A DNA stretch of 64,000 nucleotides, taken from contig CBDATS010000008.1 of assembly GCA_965200245.1 (NCBI GenBank), positions 320,001-384,000 of the forward strand, given 5' to 3'. Source of the stretch: a bacterium (lineage in GTDB: Bacteria; UBA8248). The position numbers and the translations under genes were made by a program. The notes under the pieces are model-generated. The model was not told where the DNA came from. It was given only the letters and a program-made list of their open reading frames with translations, and ran no database searches. Positions 46,706-57,106 of the stretch are shown here, one piece after another. Each line of letters opens with the position of its first letter. The stretch's first letter is position 1.

Positions 46706-47707
46706 ATGAACAGGTTCTCCAGAATTGGCGGTTTTGCCATTGTGGCTGCGTTTTGTCTCGCGCTCGTAGCGCAGCCTGCCGGCGCGGCCCTGATGGTGGA
46801 CAGGAAATTGCCCTCCTACGAGGCCACCAGCGGTGTTTCGGGCAACGTGAAGTCCGTCGGTTCGGACACGCTGAACAACCTCATGACGCTCTGGGCCGAA
46901 GGCTTCAGGCGTTCCTACCCGGACGTGAAAATCGAGATCGAGGGCAAAGGCTCCTCCACGGCTCCTCCGGCACTCATCGCTGGCACTTCGAACTTCGGCC
47001 CGATGTCGCGCGCCATGAAGTCGAAGGAAATGGATGCCTTCGAAAAGAAGTTCGGCTACAAGCCTGGCCGTATCCGCATCGCCGTTGACGCCTTGGCCGT
47101 CTTCACGAACAAGGACAACCCCCTCAAGTGCCTGAGCCTCCCGCAGGTCGACGCCATCTTCTCGAAAACCCGCAAGGGCGGCATGAGGTCCAACATCTCG
47201 ACGTGGGGCCAGGTCGGCCTCAAGGGCGCGTGGGCGAGCAAGCCGATTTCGGTCTATGGGCGTAATTCCGCTTCGGGCACCTACGGCTACTTCAAGAAGG
47301 TGGCTCTTTACAAGGGCGACTTCAAGGACTCAGTGAAAGAGCAGCCAGGTTCCTCGGCGGTTGTGCAGGGCGCAGCTTCCGACAGGTTTGCCATCGGCTA
47401 CTCGGGTATCGGCTACAGGACCGCCGATGTCATCGCACTTGCTGTTTCCAGGAAGACAGGCGCCAAGTGCTACGGCCCCGAGGCGCAGAACGCCTACTCG
47501 GGCAACTACCCGCTCGCACGTTTCCTCTACATCTATGTCAACAAGAACCCGAACCAGGCGCTCGATCCCCTGAGAGCCCAGTTTGTCAAGTACATATTCA
47601 CGAAGGAAGGCCAGAAAGCCGTCATCAAGGCCGGTTTCTTCCCCGTGAACTCGGTCATCGCCAAGCATGACCTCAGCGCACTCGGGCTCGTGTTGGGCAG
47701 CAACTAG
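46706..47707 (+). CDS. pstS: Phosphate ABC substrate-binding protein
   Basis: GSDTL, GKGSSTAPPAL, MSR, GRNSASGTYGYF, YPLARFLYIY. Confidence 0.95.
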   Translation: MNRFSRIGGFAIVAAFCLALVAQPAGAALMVDRKLPSYEATSGVSGNVKSVGSDTLNNLMTLWAEGFRRSYPDVKIEIEGKGSSTAPPALIAGTSNFGPMSRAMKSKEMDAFEKKFGYKPGRIRIAVDALAVFTNKDNPLKCLSLPQVDAIFSKTRKGGMRSNISTWGQVGLKGAWASKPISVYGRNSASGTYGYFKKVALYKGDFKDSVKEQPGSSAVVQGAASDRFAIGYSGIGYRTADVIALAVSRKTGAKCYGPEAQNAYSGNYPLARFLYIYVNKNPNQALDPLRAQFVKYIFTKEGQKAVIKAGFFPVNSVIAKHDLSALGLVLGSN

Positions 47708-47728
47708 TTTTCCGGTACAGCGTAGCGG

Positions 47729-47759
47729 CGGGGACGGCGAAACGGATTCGCCGTCCCCG
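47729..47759 (+). terminator. Stem-loop between pstS and pstC
   Basis: CGGGGACGGCGAA (47729-47741) pairs with TTCGCCGTCCCCG (47747-47759). Confidence 0.65.
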
Positions 47760-47789
47760 TGCTTTCCTTCTTGCTTGAAGACGAGAGAT

Positions 47790-50423
47790 ATGAGCGAAAG
47801 CCGGGTTTCGGATGAAGGGAATGAACAGGACAGGCGGCCGGGGCGGATACGCGATCTGAGTGCCAGGCGGTCCGTCCGCATCATCGACAAGATCGCCACC
47901 AACGTGATCACCGTCGGCGGGCTTTTCGTGATCCTCGCAGTTCTCGGAATCATGGCGTTCCTCGTCGCGGTGGCCTTGCCGCTGTTCGCCGGAGAAACGA
48001 TTACCGACTCGGGTGTTTTTCGGGTCACCGCGCCCAGGAACTCTCTCTTCAGCGTCGAGGTCGATGATTACAACACCATCGCCGTTCTGGTTTCGAAAGA
48101 CGGCGTGTTGACACCCGTCCATGCTTCGACAGGAAAACCGCTCACGGTTTTGAAGCTCGACTTCGCGGGCGCGAAGGCGAGTGTTTTCGGACGGACGCTC
48201 AGGGGCGGAAACATCGCCTTCGGTTTTCCCGATGGAACGGTGCGGTTCGGCAAGGTTGTTTTTCGAACGCAGGTGTTACCCGCCGAAAGAGCACCCGAGG
48301 GACTCACGAAGATTGACGAGCGCGACTTGACAGACGGGAAGGTCGTTTTCTCGAAAATTCCAGGTGACCAGGTGCGCAAGATATGGGTGGAGGCCGAACT
48401 CAGGGAGCCGCAGAGAATAGCGCCCGAGGGAACACCCATCGTAAGGCTCGACTACAAAGTGGGCGGGACTCCCGAGCGGCCGAGTATCTCCTTCGCAACT
48501 GTGGACGCCAGGGGCGTGGCGCGGCTGAGCCTCACGCAGACCAGGGTCAATCTCCTGACGGGTCAAACCACATCGTCTGTGGAGAGCGTGGTTCTCCCCG
48601 ACTTGCCACCTGGAACACGCATCGTCGACATCCTCCTCACTGAAAAGGCCGACAAGGTATACATCGGTGTCGAGAAAGGTTTCCTGCTTCGCTACGACAC
48701 GAGGAATTTCGAGGCCATTTCTCTGGTGGAGAAGCGCGACCTGCTCCCCATGGATGAAAAACTGACGGTGTTCAAGGCTCTCATCGGCGAGGAATCCATC
48801 GTCGTGGGAGGCTCCAAGGGCTCTTTGAGCATCTTCTTCCAGGCACGCAGGCCGGGTGCCGTCACCAAAGACGGGCTGGTGATGGTACGCGGGCACGATC
48901 TGGAGAAACACGCCAACGCCGTTTCGGGCTTTTCCGCTTCACAGCGCAGCCGGATGTTCGCCACGATGGATGCGGGGGGAGACATCTGGCTTCGTCATGC
49001 AACAAGCGAGTCGACACTTTTACGCTTCAACATGAAGGGAATGAAGGATTCTGCACGCTTCATTCGTCTTTCTCCGCGCGATGACGCCATCGTCACCGCT
49101 GACGAGGAGGGCGTGTTGAATTTCTGGAAATTCTCGGCGGAACATCCCGAGACGACATTCCAGACGCTGTTCGGCAAGGTCTGGTACGAAGGCTATCCCA
49201 AACCCGAGTATACTTGGCAATCCTCCTCTGGAGACGATGCGTTCGAGGAGAAGATTTCCCTCATGCCCCTGATATTCGGGACCATCAAGGGAACGGTCTA
49301 TTCCCTGATTTTCGCAATACCCATCGCTGTGCTTGGCGCCATTTTCACATCCGAGTTCGTAGGGCCGGAGGTGCGCTCCGTCGTGAAGCCCTCGATGGAG
49401 ATGATGGCCTCGCTCCCCTCGGTGGTGCTCGGCTTTGTGGCCGCCCTGATTCTGGCGCCCATTGTAGAGACGTGGATAGCCGCGGTTTTGCTCTCGTTCA
49501 TGCTGATCCCGCTTCTCTTGCTTCTGGGGGCCTATTTATGGCAGGTCATGCCGCCGCAGATATCCCTCCCCCTGTCAGGATTTCCCAAACTCGGCATGGT
49601 TTTCCTCGTTATCATCCTGGGTTCGTTTCTCGGCTATCTGATCGGGCCGTCGTTCGAAAGGCTCTTGTTCGGTGGCGACTTCAAGGCCTGGGCGAACGGA
49701 AACATCGGGATAGCGACGCCGATGCTGTTCATCCTTTTTTATCCCGTGTCATTTATCATCATTGCTTTTGCTACAGATCGGTTTTTCGGATATTCATGGA
49801 GACTGGCTCTCAGGCGAATGCCCCATTCGCAGGGTGCGCTCTTGGAACTTCTTCGCTGGGTCGGGATGCTGGTCACCGCCGGGCTGTTTAGCTGGGTGAC
49901 GGCTTTGGTGCTCAACGCACTCGGCCTGGACGCGCGCGGCGGAGTCATCGACACCTATGTCCAGCGCAACTCCCTCGTCGTGGGCTTCGCGATGGGCTTC
50001 GCCGTCATCCCGCTCATCTACACAATCGCCGAAGACGCGCTCAACTCCGTGCCGAGCCATTTGAGGGCGGCGAGTCTCGCCTGCGGTGCGACTCCCTGGC
50101 AAACGGCCCTTTGGGTCATCATGCCCACTGCCGCCAGCGGAATATTCGCCGCCGTGATGATCGGTATGGGACGCGCAGTGGGCGAAACCATGATCGTCGT
50201 TATGGCGGCGGGCAACACTCCTGTTCTGGACTGGAACATTTTCTCGGGTCTCCGGGCGCTTTCGGCGAACATCGCTGTAGAGCTTCCGGAAGCAGTCAAG
50301 GACGGGACGCTCTACCGGGTGCTCTTCCTGGCGGCGCTAGTTCTGTTCGCGATGACGTTCATCGTCAATACGGTCGCCGAACTGGTCCGCCTGCGCTTCC
50401 GGAAGCGCGCCGCCCAGTTGTGA
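47790..50423 (+). CDS. pstC: Phosphate ABC permease PstC with large N-terminal soluble beta-rich domain
   Basis: WYEGYPKPEYTWQS, PLIFGT, MASLPSVVLG, RAVGETMIV. Confidence 0.9.
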   Translation: MSESRVSDEGNEQDRRPGRIRDLSARRSVRIIDKIATNVITVGGLFVILAVLGIMAFLVAVALPLFAGETITDSGVFRVTAPRNSLFSVEVDDYNTIAVLVSKDGVLTPVHASTGKPLTVLKLDFAGAKASVFGRTLRGGNIAFGFPDGTVRFGKVVFRTQVLPAERAPEGLTKIDERDLTDGKVVFSKIPGDQVRKIWVEAELREPQRIAPEGTPIVRLDYKVGGTPERPSISFATVDARGVARLSLTQTRVNLLTGQTTSSVESVVLPDLPPGTRIVDILLTEKADKVYIGVEKGFLLRYDTRNFEAISLVEKRDLLPMDEKLTVFKALIGEESIVVGGSKGSLSIFFQARRPGAVTKDGLVMVRGHDLEKHANAVSGFSASQRSRMFATMDAGGDIWLRHATSESTLLRFNMKGMKDSARFIRLSPRDDAIVTADEEGVLNFWKFSAEHPETTFQTLFGKVWYEGYPKPEYTWQSSSGDDAFEEKISLMPLIFGTIKGTVYSLIFAIPIAVLGAIFTSEFVGPEVRSVVKPSMEMMASLPSVVLGFVAALILAPIVETWIAAVLLSFMLIPLLLLLGAYLWQVMPPQISLPLSGFPKLGMVFLVIILGSFLGYLIGPSFERLLFGGDFKAWANGNIGIATPMLFILFYPVSFIIIAFATDRFFGYSWRLALRRMPHSQGALLELLRWVGMLVTAGLFSWVTALVLNALGLDARGGVIDTYVQRNSLVVGFAMGFAVIPLIYTIAEDALNSVPSHLRAASLACGATPWQTALWVIMPTAASGIFAAVMIGMGRAVGETMIVVMAAGNTPVLDWNIFSGLRALSANIAVELPEAVKDGTLYRVLFLAALVLFAMTFIVNTVAELVRLRFRKRAAQL

Positions 50424-50430
50424 GGACACG

Positions 50431-52257
50431 ATGAAGGCGAAGGATCCGAAACAGCAAAAACAGAAGAAACAAACGGAAATAACGCTTTCGGATGGCGACT
50501 CCGGCAACTACAGGGAAACCGCGTCCGAAGTGGCGCAAACCACCGATGCGGGGATGAACCCGCCCGGCAGGACGGGTCTTCGCGCATCGATTGATTTCAA
50601 GGCCAGGGGTGAGCCCTTCGTATGGGTCATGGGCGGTGCGCTCGCTCTGGGCGTATTCATGATCATCGGTTTCCTCGCGCTCGTTCTTTGGAACGGCATT
50701 GTGATTTTCTATCCTGGTCCGGTGGAAGTGGTGACGCTCAAAAACGGCCAGCGCATCGCTGGCGAGCCGTTCCGCTCCGAGAACTTCCGGCCCTCCCCCG
50801 AGCAGTTGAAGGAAATCGACGCGGAATCCCGGCGCGCCGTCAAGGAAGCGGGCGGTTTTGCGCATCGCACGCTCTACCGAACCGGGAATTTCGACGTCTA
50901 TAACGAGGATTTCAAATGGGCGGTGGGACATCAGGTCACCAAGGTTGAGACACCGCCTGCCATATTCTTCGTCGAGCGAAAGGAGTGGGGGCCATTTATC
51001 GGTTTCATCAAAACCCTGACGCTTGATGGCCGACACATACCGGGTGACAAGGTATCCTTGGACGAGTTGTACGCGGCTCATGACAAGGCGATCGACCGGA
51101 GGGAAGCGATTCGTGAAATCGAGGTCGACGAGATTAGCGCCATCAACTACTACATCGAGAAAGATCGGCTCGCCTTGCGGCGAACCGAACTGGACTACGG
51201 GAAGAGGAACGCCGAGTATCGCGCCGAAAAAGAGCAGTTCGAGCGCCGCACGAAGGAGAAACGAGTCGGATTCGCTGTCCTCAAGAAAAGAATCTCCGAT
51301 ATTAACAAGGAGGATGAGAAGTTCCAGATCATCCTCCGTGAAATCGGCGGACGCGAGAAAAACCTGAGGCTTTCGGAAATCGTCCGCATCTATCCGGCGA
51401 ACAACCTTACGTTCTTCGGGAAGGTTGGCGTCTACTTTTCACGTTGGGGCGAGTTCCTGACCGACGACCCGCGCGAGGCGAATACGGAAGGCGGCGTCTT
51501 GCCCGCGATATTCGGCACCGTCATGATGACGCTGCTCATGGTCGTCTTCGTCGCCCCGTTCGGCGTGATCACGGCGCTCTATCTGCGTGAATATGCAAAA
51601 CAGGGAACCCTGGTCTCCATCGTGCGCATCTGCGTGAACAACCTTGCGGGTGTGCCTTCTATCGTCTACGGCGTGTTCGGACTGGGTTTTTTTGCCTATA
51701 CCATCGGCGTGGGCATCGACCAGTTGTTCTACCCTGAAAGGCTGCCCAACCCCACGTTCGGAACGGGCGGCCTTCTCTGGGCATCCCTGACGCTTGCGCT
51801 CCTCACCGTTCCGGTGGTTATCGTGGCAACGGAGGAGGCGCTCTCCGCCGTTCCCCGCTCGATGCGGGAGGGCTCTCTGGCTTGCGGCGCCTCGAGATGG
51901 CAGACTATCCAGAACATCGTCCTGCCCCAGGCCATGCCGGGCATCATGACGGGCCTCATCCTGGCGATGGCGCGTGGTGCCGGCGAAGTGGCGCCACTCA
52001 TGCTCGTGGGTGTGGTGAAGCTCGCGCCCGAGCTTCCCTTCGACACCTTCTTCCCGTTCCTGCACCCGGAGAGGAGCTTCATGCATCTGGGCTTCCATAT
52101 CTACGACGTGGGATTTCAGTCGAGAAACTCGGAAGCCGGAAAACCGATGGTTTTCGTCACGACACTTCTTTTGATAACGATCATTGCCTTTATGAACGCT
52201 TTCGCCATCATGGTTCGAAACCGTCTTCGCCGAAAGTTCGTGGAAGGCCAATTCTAG
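50431..52257 (+). CDS. pstA: Phosphate ABC permease PstA with large extramembrane insertion
   Basis: PREANTEGGVLPAIFGT, NLAGVPSIVYG, RGAGEVAP. Confidence 0.92.
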   Translation: MKAKDPKQQKQKKQTEITLSDGDSGNYRETASEVAQTTDAGMNPPGRTGLRASIDFKARGEPFVWVMGGALALGVFMIIGFLALVLWNGIVIFYPGPVEVVTLKNGQRIAGEPFRSENFRPSPEQLKEIDAESRRAVKEAGGFAHRTLYRTGNFDVYNEDFKWAVGHQVTKVETPPAIFFVERKEWGPFIGFIKTLTLDGRHIPGDKVSLDELYAAHDKAIDRREAIREIEVDEISAINYYIEKDRLALRRTELDYGKRNAEYRAEKEQFERRTKEKRVGFAVLKKRISDINKEDEKFQIILREIGGREKNLRLSEIVRIYPANNLTFFGKVGVYFSRWGEFLTDDPREANTEGGVLPAIFGTVMMTLLMVVFVAPFGVITALYLREYAKQGTLVSIVRICVNNLAGVPSIVYGVFGLGFFAYTIGVGIDQLFYPERLPNPTFGTGGLLWASLTLALLTVPVVIVATEEALSAVPRSMREGSLACGASRWQTIQNIVLPQAMPGIMTGLILAMARGAGEVAPLMLVGVVKLAPELPFDTFFPFLHPERSFMHLGFHIYDVGFQSRNSEAGKPMVFVTTLLLITIIAFMNAFAIMVRNRLRRKFVEGQF

Positions 52258-52272
52258 TGGAGACGCATTGAA

Positions 52273-53103
52273 ATGGCGGCCAACGCGGTAACCACCGACT
52301 TGCAGGACGAGTTCGAGGCGACAGCGTACCATCCCGTCGAGAGCGAACTCGGAACAGTAATCGATATCGAAAACTTCAACCTGTGGTACGGGCAGAAACA
52401 GGCGCTGTTCAATAACACCCTGAAGATACAAAAAGAACTCGTCACCGCCTTGATCGGCCCTTCAGGCTGCGGAAAATCGACGCTCCTGCGTTCGTTCAAC
52501 CGCATGAACGACCTGATAGACGGTATCCACCGGGACGGGATCATCACCATCGACGGAACCGACATTCACGGTCCGCGCGTGGAGGTCATCGAGCTTCGAA
52601 AGCGTCTCGGCATGGTATTCCAGAAGCCCAACCCCTTCCCGATGTCGATATTCGAGAACGTGGTCTATCCCCTGCGGGTGGACGGCATACGCGACAGGCG
52701 CGTGCTGGAGGAAACGTGTGAGCGCTCTTTGCGGGGGGCCGCGCTCTGGGACGAGGTGTCCGGACGTCTCCAGGACAACGCACTTGGCCTCTCCGGCGGA
52801 CAGCAGCAGCGTCTGTGCATTGCCCGCGCCATTTCGTCCGAGCCGGAGATCATTCTGATGGACGAGCCTTGTTCCGCACTCGACCCGATCGCCACCGCCC
52901 GCATCGAGGATCTGATCGCGCAACTCAAGGAGCATTTCTCCATTGTAATCGTGACACACAACATGCAGCAGGCCGCCCGCGTCTCGGACAACACAGCTTT
53001 CATGTTCCTGGGACGATTGATCGAATACGGGGAGACGAAGAGAATTTTCATGAATCCCATGCACGTTCGTACATCCGATTACATCACAGGCCGGTTCGGC
53101 TAG
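52273..53103 (+). CDS. pstB: Phosphate ABC ATPase
   Basis: [46 protein letters not shown]. Confidence 0.96.
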   Translation: MAANAVTTDLQDEFEATAYHPVESELGTVIDIENFNLWYGQKQALFNNTLKIQKELVTALIGPSGCGKSTLLRSFNRMNDLIDGIHRDGIITIDGTDIHGPRVEVIELRKRLGMVFQKPNPFPMSIFENVVYPLRVDGIRDRRVLEETCERSLRGAALWDEVSGRLQDNALGLSGGQQQRLCIARAISSEPEIILMDEPCSALDPIATARIEDLIAQLKEHFSIVIVTHNMQQAARVSDNTAFMFLGRLIEYGETKRIFMNPMHVRTSDYITGRFG

Positions 53104-53123
53104 GCTGCCGTAGGAGATTCGGC

Positions 53124-53807
53124 ATGACACTGACGAGCGGAAGAGCACACACGAGTTCGGAATACGAAAACGAACTCCAGGAGTTGCGCCGCCTTCTCCT
53201 GGAGTTGGGCGCCAAGGTGGAGGCGATGATGGCGAAGAGCATCGAAAGCCTTACCCGGCGTGATTCCGGCATCGCCCAGAGCGTTATCGAGGAGGACTCG
53301 AACGTCAACCAGATCGAAATCGACGTGAACGAGCTTTGCCTGCAGATAGTGGCGCTCCGGCAGCCGACTTCGGTGGATCTGCGCTTCATCACCACGGGCC
53401 TGAAAATCGCCTCCGACCTTGAGCGGGTGGGAGACCTGGCCGTCAACGTATGCGAGCGGGCCCTGGAATTGAACGAGGAACCTCCGCTCAAGCCCTATAT
53501 CGAGCTTCCGCGCATGGCCAGCGCTTCGAGCCAGATGCTGCGCGAGAGCCTCGACAGCTTCATCAAGGAAGATGTCGTGCTGGCGCGCAAGGTCATGGCC
53601 AGCGACGACGAGGTGGACGACATGAACGAGGAATTGTTCCGCGAACTGCTGACCTACATGCTGGACAACCCGCGCAACATCAGCCGGGCGACCCGCCTGA
53701 CGTTCATCTCGAAATATTTCGAGAGAATCGCCGATCACGCGACAAACATCGCAGAAGCCGTCGTTTTCATGGTCGAGGGCAGAAACCCCAGACGCGAATT
53801 GCTGTAG
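53124..53807 (+). CDS. phoU: Phosphate signalling protein PhoU
   Basis: QPTSVDLR, DLERVGD, ERIADHATNIAE; AGGAG RBS before ATG 53124. Confidence 0.95.
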   Translation: MTLTSGRAHTSSEYENELQELRRLLLELGAKVEAMMAKSIESLTRRDSGIAQSVIEEDSNVNQIEIDVNELCLQIVALRQPTSVDLRFITTGLKIASDLERVGDLAVNVCERALELNEEPPLKPYIELPRMASASSQMLRESLDSFIKEDVVLARKVMASDDEVDDMNEELFRELLTYMLDNPRNISRATRLTFISKYFERIADHATNIAEAVVFMVEGRNPRRELL

Positions 53808-53916
53808 TCCCTGCCATCGCCGCGCAACCGCTCCAAAGGCTCCGTGCGCTTCGGGTCGGCTTTCCTGAATGTCTTTTCGTGATTACTGAAAGGGAGGCCG
53901 GAACAACTTTGTCAAT

Positions 53917-54954
53917 TCAATCCGCGATACCCAGCTTCGATTTCAGGAGTTCGTAGTTCGAGATATCCATTTTCAGTTCCTTGCGGTTGATGGCGCGGGC
54001 GAGTTCGCTCACTGCATCGTTGCAGGGAGTGGGAATCCCGAGTTCCTTGCCTTTTCGCGATACGAGACCGTTGATGAATTCGATTTCGTTCTTGCGACCC
54101 TTGATGTGATCGTGAATGGGCGCCGTACGGGCGCGCGGCCCGGTGTGGCCCGTCATGGTCGTCAGGGCGTTCAGCAGTACCTTATCCTCATTACCCGAGA
54201 AATCATCCGCGCTCAGTCCAAAAACAGGCTCGATATTGATTCCCATCGCCGTACCTACCGCCACGGTCTCCTTGCCGAGCCTTACCGCGATGTCGAAGAT
54301 TCCGGGAAGTTTGGCGACTTCTCTGTTGTGCAGGCCAATGAGTCCCCAGGGTCCCATGCTCATCGAGTTGACGACGAGCTTCGTCCATTTCGTGCCCCGG
54401 ATGTTGGTGGAGATGTCCACCTTTGCGACGTGGTTCAGGATATTTTGGATTTCCTCCAGACGCGGGGTAACAGAGCCATCTAGTTCGCCCACGGCAAACT
54501 AGGTGCCTGTACGTGGCGTGTTGCGCTGGACGAAACCCGGATTGAATATCTCTCCCGAAAGCTCGATGCAACACCCCACCACGCGCTCTGTGCCGAGAAT
54601 GGAAGTCGTTATCTCCTCTTCGTTCATGCTGTTTTGGAGCCCCACCAGCACGCCGTTGGGTTTTAGGTGCGGTGCCATGAGTTCGGCCATCCAGCGCGTA
54701 TCGAAAGATTTGACCGCCAGGAGGATTAGGTCGAATTCGGGTCGCTCCGAAGCCAGCTCGCAAACGTGAAGCGCCTTGACGCAAACCTTGAGGTCGAGAT
54801 CCGGCATCTGGACGTGAAGTCCGTCTTTTTTCATAGTCTCCACGTGCGCCGGCCACTGATCGACAATGGTGACGTCATAGCCTGCGTCTGTGAGGTCTGC
54901 GGCGACGCTGCTTCCGATGGCTCCGGTTCCGAACACGGCGATCCTGTCGAACAT
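53917..54954 (-). pseudogene. Ketopantoate reductase (PanE/ApbA) family gene split by in-frame TAG
   Basis: ORFs 54499-54954 (GTGAIG, AVKS, LQN) and 53917-54492 (KWTKLVVN, NEIEFING, IPTPCN) are in the same frame, joined as RTGT*FAVGELDG with TAG at 54499-54501. Confidence 0.85.
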
Positions 54955-55445
54955 CTCTCATCCTCCACGGGTAATTATCCGCCAATGATTTCTGAATGCA
55001 ATACATATGTAGTACGCCACGCGCCGGTTTCACGAATTCATTGAGGATACGTTTCATCTGGCGCAGGTAGCGTGGAGGCGTTAGGGCGGGTTCAGAATAT
55101 TGGTTGATACGAAAGCGGCAATCACCAATCATAAGAGAAATCTTGAAATGAGAATAAATGCGCGCGGCATTTATTTCGCCGCTGTGAATACAGACGATTT
55201 CCGGATTCTGCAGAGGATGCAAGAGCCTCGCAATCTCGAGGCTGAAGTCGGCAAGGCGTCTTTATATTTGCAGGTTTGCGAGCTTCCGTCATAAAGCCGG
55301 AACTTTCCCATCCTCTCGTTGAACCGTATTTGCCCGTTCGTGACTCACATACCGTCACGTCGTGTGAAGCACATACAGGAGCAACGCAATGTAAAATTCC
55401 GAGCAATCAATCGTCGACCGGACACCTCACAGAGGAGGAAGACAA

Positions 55446-56975
55446 ATGAATGGAAGGTTCGTGATTTTTGGAATGGCCGTTTTCATGTCGCTCACGCTGA
55501 TGTCTGGAGGCGCGTATTCGGCGAAGAAAGACCAAATCGTCATCGGAATGCCCGGAGACCCGACGACGTTCGACCCCCACATCCGGCTCGGGCTCCCCAT
55601 GCTTCAATCCTGGCCCCTCGTGTTCGACAACCTTTTGGCGCGCGACATCAAGGGGAAAATCATCCCCGCTCTCGCCACGTCATGGAGCTACGTTTCTCCC
55701 ACGGTGTTGGAACTCAAGCTCCGCAAGGGCGTCAAGTTCCATAACGGCGAGCCCGTCGACGCGAACGCCGTAAAGTACAGTCTCAACAGGCTGTTCGACA
55801 AGAAGATCAAAAGCCGCATACGCAATTTCTACCGGAGCCTCAAGAAAGTCGAGATGGTGGATTCACACACCGTGCGCATCCACACCAAATATCCCGACCG
55901 CTATCTCCTCTCACCACTTGCGGATTTCAGCGCGATGGTCCCGCCGAAGCATTACGCGAACAAAACACTCAAACATCTGGCGCGCAATCCGGTCGGTAGC
56001 GGCCCCTACCGTCTCACGAAATGGCGCAAGGGCTCCGAGATGGTGTTCGAAGCCGTCCAGGGCTATTGGGACAAATCACACCAGCGCGTGAAGAGGGTGG
56101 TCGTCAAGGTCATTCCTGAGCCGACTACGCGCGTTTCCGCGCTCGTCTCGGGCGCGGTTGACATGATTAAGGATATTCCGCCCCAGACGGTTCCGATGGC
56201 GAAATCAAACCCCAATGTCGATGTGGTCGCAGGCCCCGGCCCCAAGGCTTGCTCGATCATTATGGTTCTCAAGGACGGGGTGCCATGGTCCGACGTGCGC
56301 GTGCGCCAGGCAGTGAACTATGCCATCGACAAGGAAAGCATCATCAAAAATGTTTTGCAGGGACACGCCACCGCATCGCTAGGCACCATCGTGGGCCCGA
56401 ACAGTTTCGGTCACAATCCGGACCTTAAGCCCTATCCCTACGACGTAGCCAAGGCGAAGAGTCTCTTGAAACAGGCCGGTTACGAGAAAGGCTTCAACGT
56501 TCCGCTCGTGGTTCCCCTCGGGCGTTATCTCAAAGGTGTGCAGGGAGCGGAGGCCATCGCAGGACAACTCAAGAAGATCAACATCAACGTCATGGTGAAA
56601 TCGCTCGAATACGGCGCCTGGCGCAGGAACAGCCGCTCGAAATGGAAAAAGGACTACAAGCCCTACTGGAACTACGCCTGCCGCAACGATCTCGCGCTTC
56701 ACGCGGCCTGGATGTACTCGGGCCTTCTCTACAGCAAATCGACGCACGGGGGCGTGCGGAGCGAGAAGCTCGACAAGATGATCGTGGGCGCCCGCTCCGA
56801 GCCGGATGAAGCCAGGCAGGCCGCGAAATACCGGAAACTCGCCGCATACGTGAGGGAGCAGGCATTCCTGGGCTTTTTGTATCATCTCGACGAAATTTCC
56901 GGGAAGAAGAAAGCCGTCGACTGGAAGATGCGTTCCACGGGCCTTGTGATCGCAACCGACGCGGGGTGGAAGTAA
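55446..56975 (+). CDS. Family 5 (Dpp/Opp/Nik) ABC substrate-binding protein
   Basis: Signal peptide, TFDPH, GVKFHNG, PVGSGPY, RVRQAVNYAID. Confidence 0.9.
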   Translation: MNGRFVIFGMAVFMSLTLMSGGAYSAKKDQIVIGMPGDPTTFDPHIRLGLPMLQSWPLVFDNLLARDIKGKIIPALATSWSYVSPTVLELKLRKGVKFHNGEPVDANAVKYSLNRLFDKKIKSRIRNFYRSLKKVEMVDSHTVRIHTKYPDRYLLSPLADFSAMVPPKHYANKTLKHLARNPVGSGPYRLTKWRKGSEMVFEAVQGYWDKSHQRVKRVVVKVIPEPTTRVSALVSGAVDMIKDIPPQTVPMAKSNPNVDVVAGPGPKACSIIMVLKDGVPWSDVRVRQAVNYAIDKESIIKNVLQGHATASLGTIVGPNSFGHNPDLKPYPYDVAKAKSLLKQAGYEKGFNVPLVVPLGRYLKGVQGAEAIAGQLKKININVMVKSLEYGAWRRNSRSKWKKDYKPYWNYACRNDLALHAAWMYSGLLYSKSTHGGVRSEKLDKMIVGARSEPDEARQAAKYRKLAAYVREQAFLGFLYHLDEISGKKKAVDWKMRSTGLVIATDAGWK

Positions 56976-56989
56976 AAGGGATTCCTTGC

Positions 56990-57026
56990 CTCTCTCCGGA
57001 CTCCTTTCGGTCAATCCGGGAGAGAG
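56990..57026 (+). terminator. Stem-loop after binding-protein gene
   Basis: CTCTCTCCGGA ... TCCGGGAGAGAG imperfect inverted repeat. Confidence 0.5.
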
Positions 57027-57106
57027 CGGCGCCTGATACCCGAATCCGTGACCTCGGGTGGGCGTAGGGAACAGGGTTCGGATTTCGCCTTGCAACGGGG
57101 GGCGCA

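Noticed and set aside
52815-53123. N-terminal extension of phoU ORF
   Set aside because: Overlaps pstB in another frame; RBS supports start at 53124
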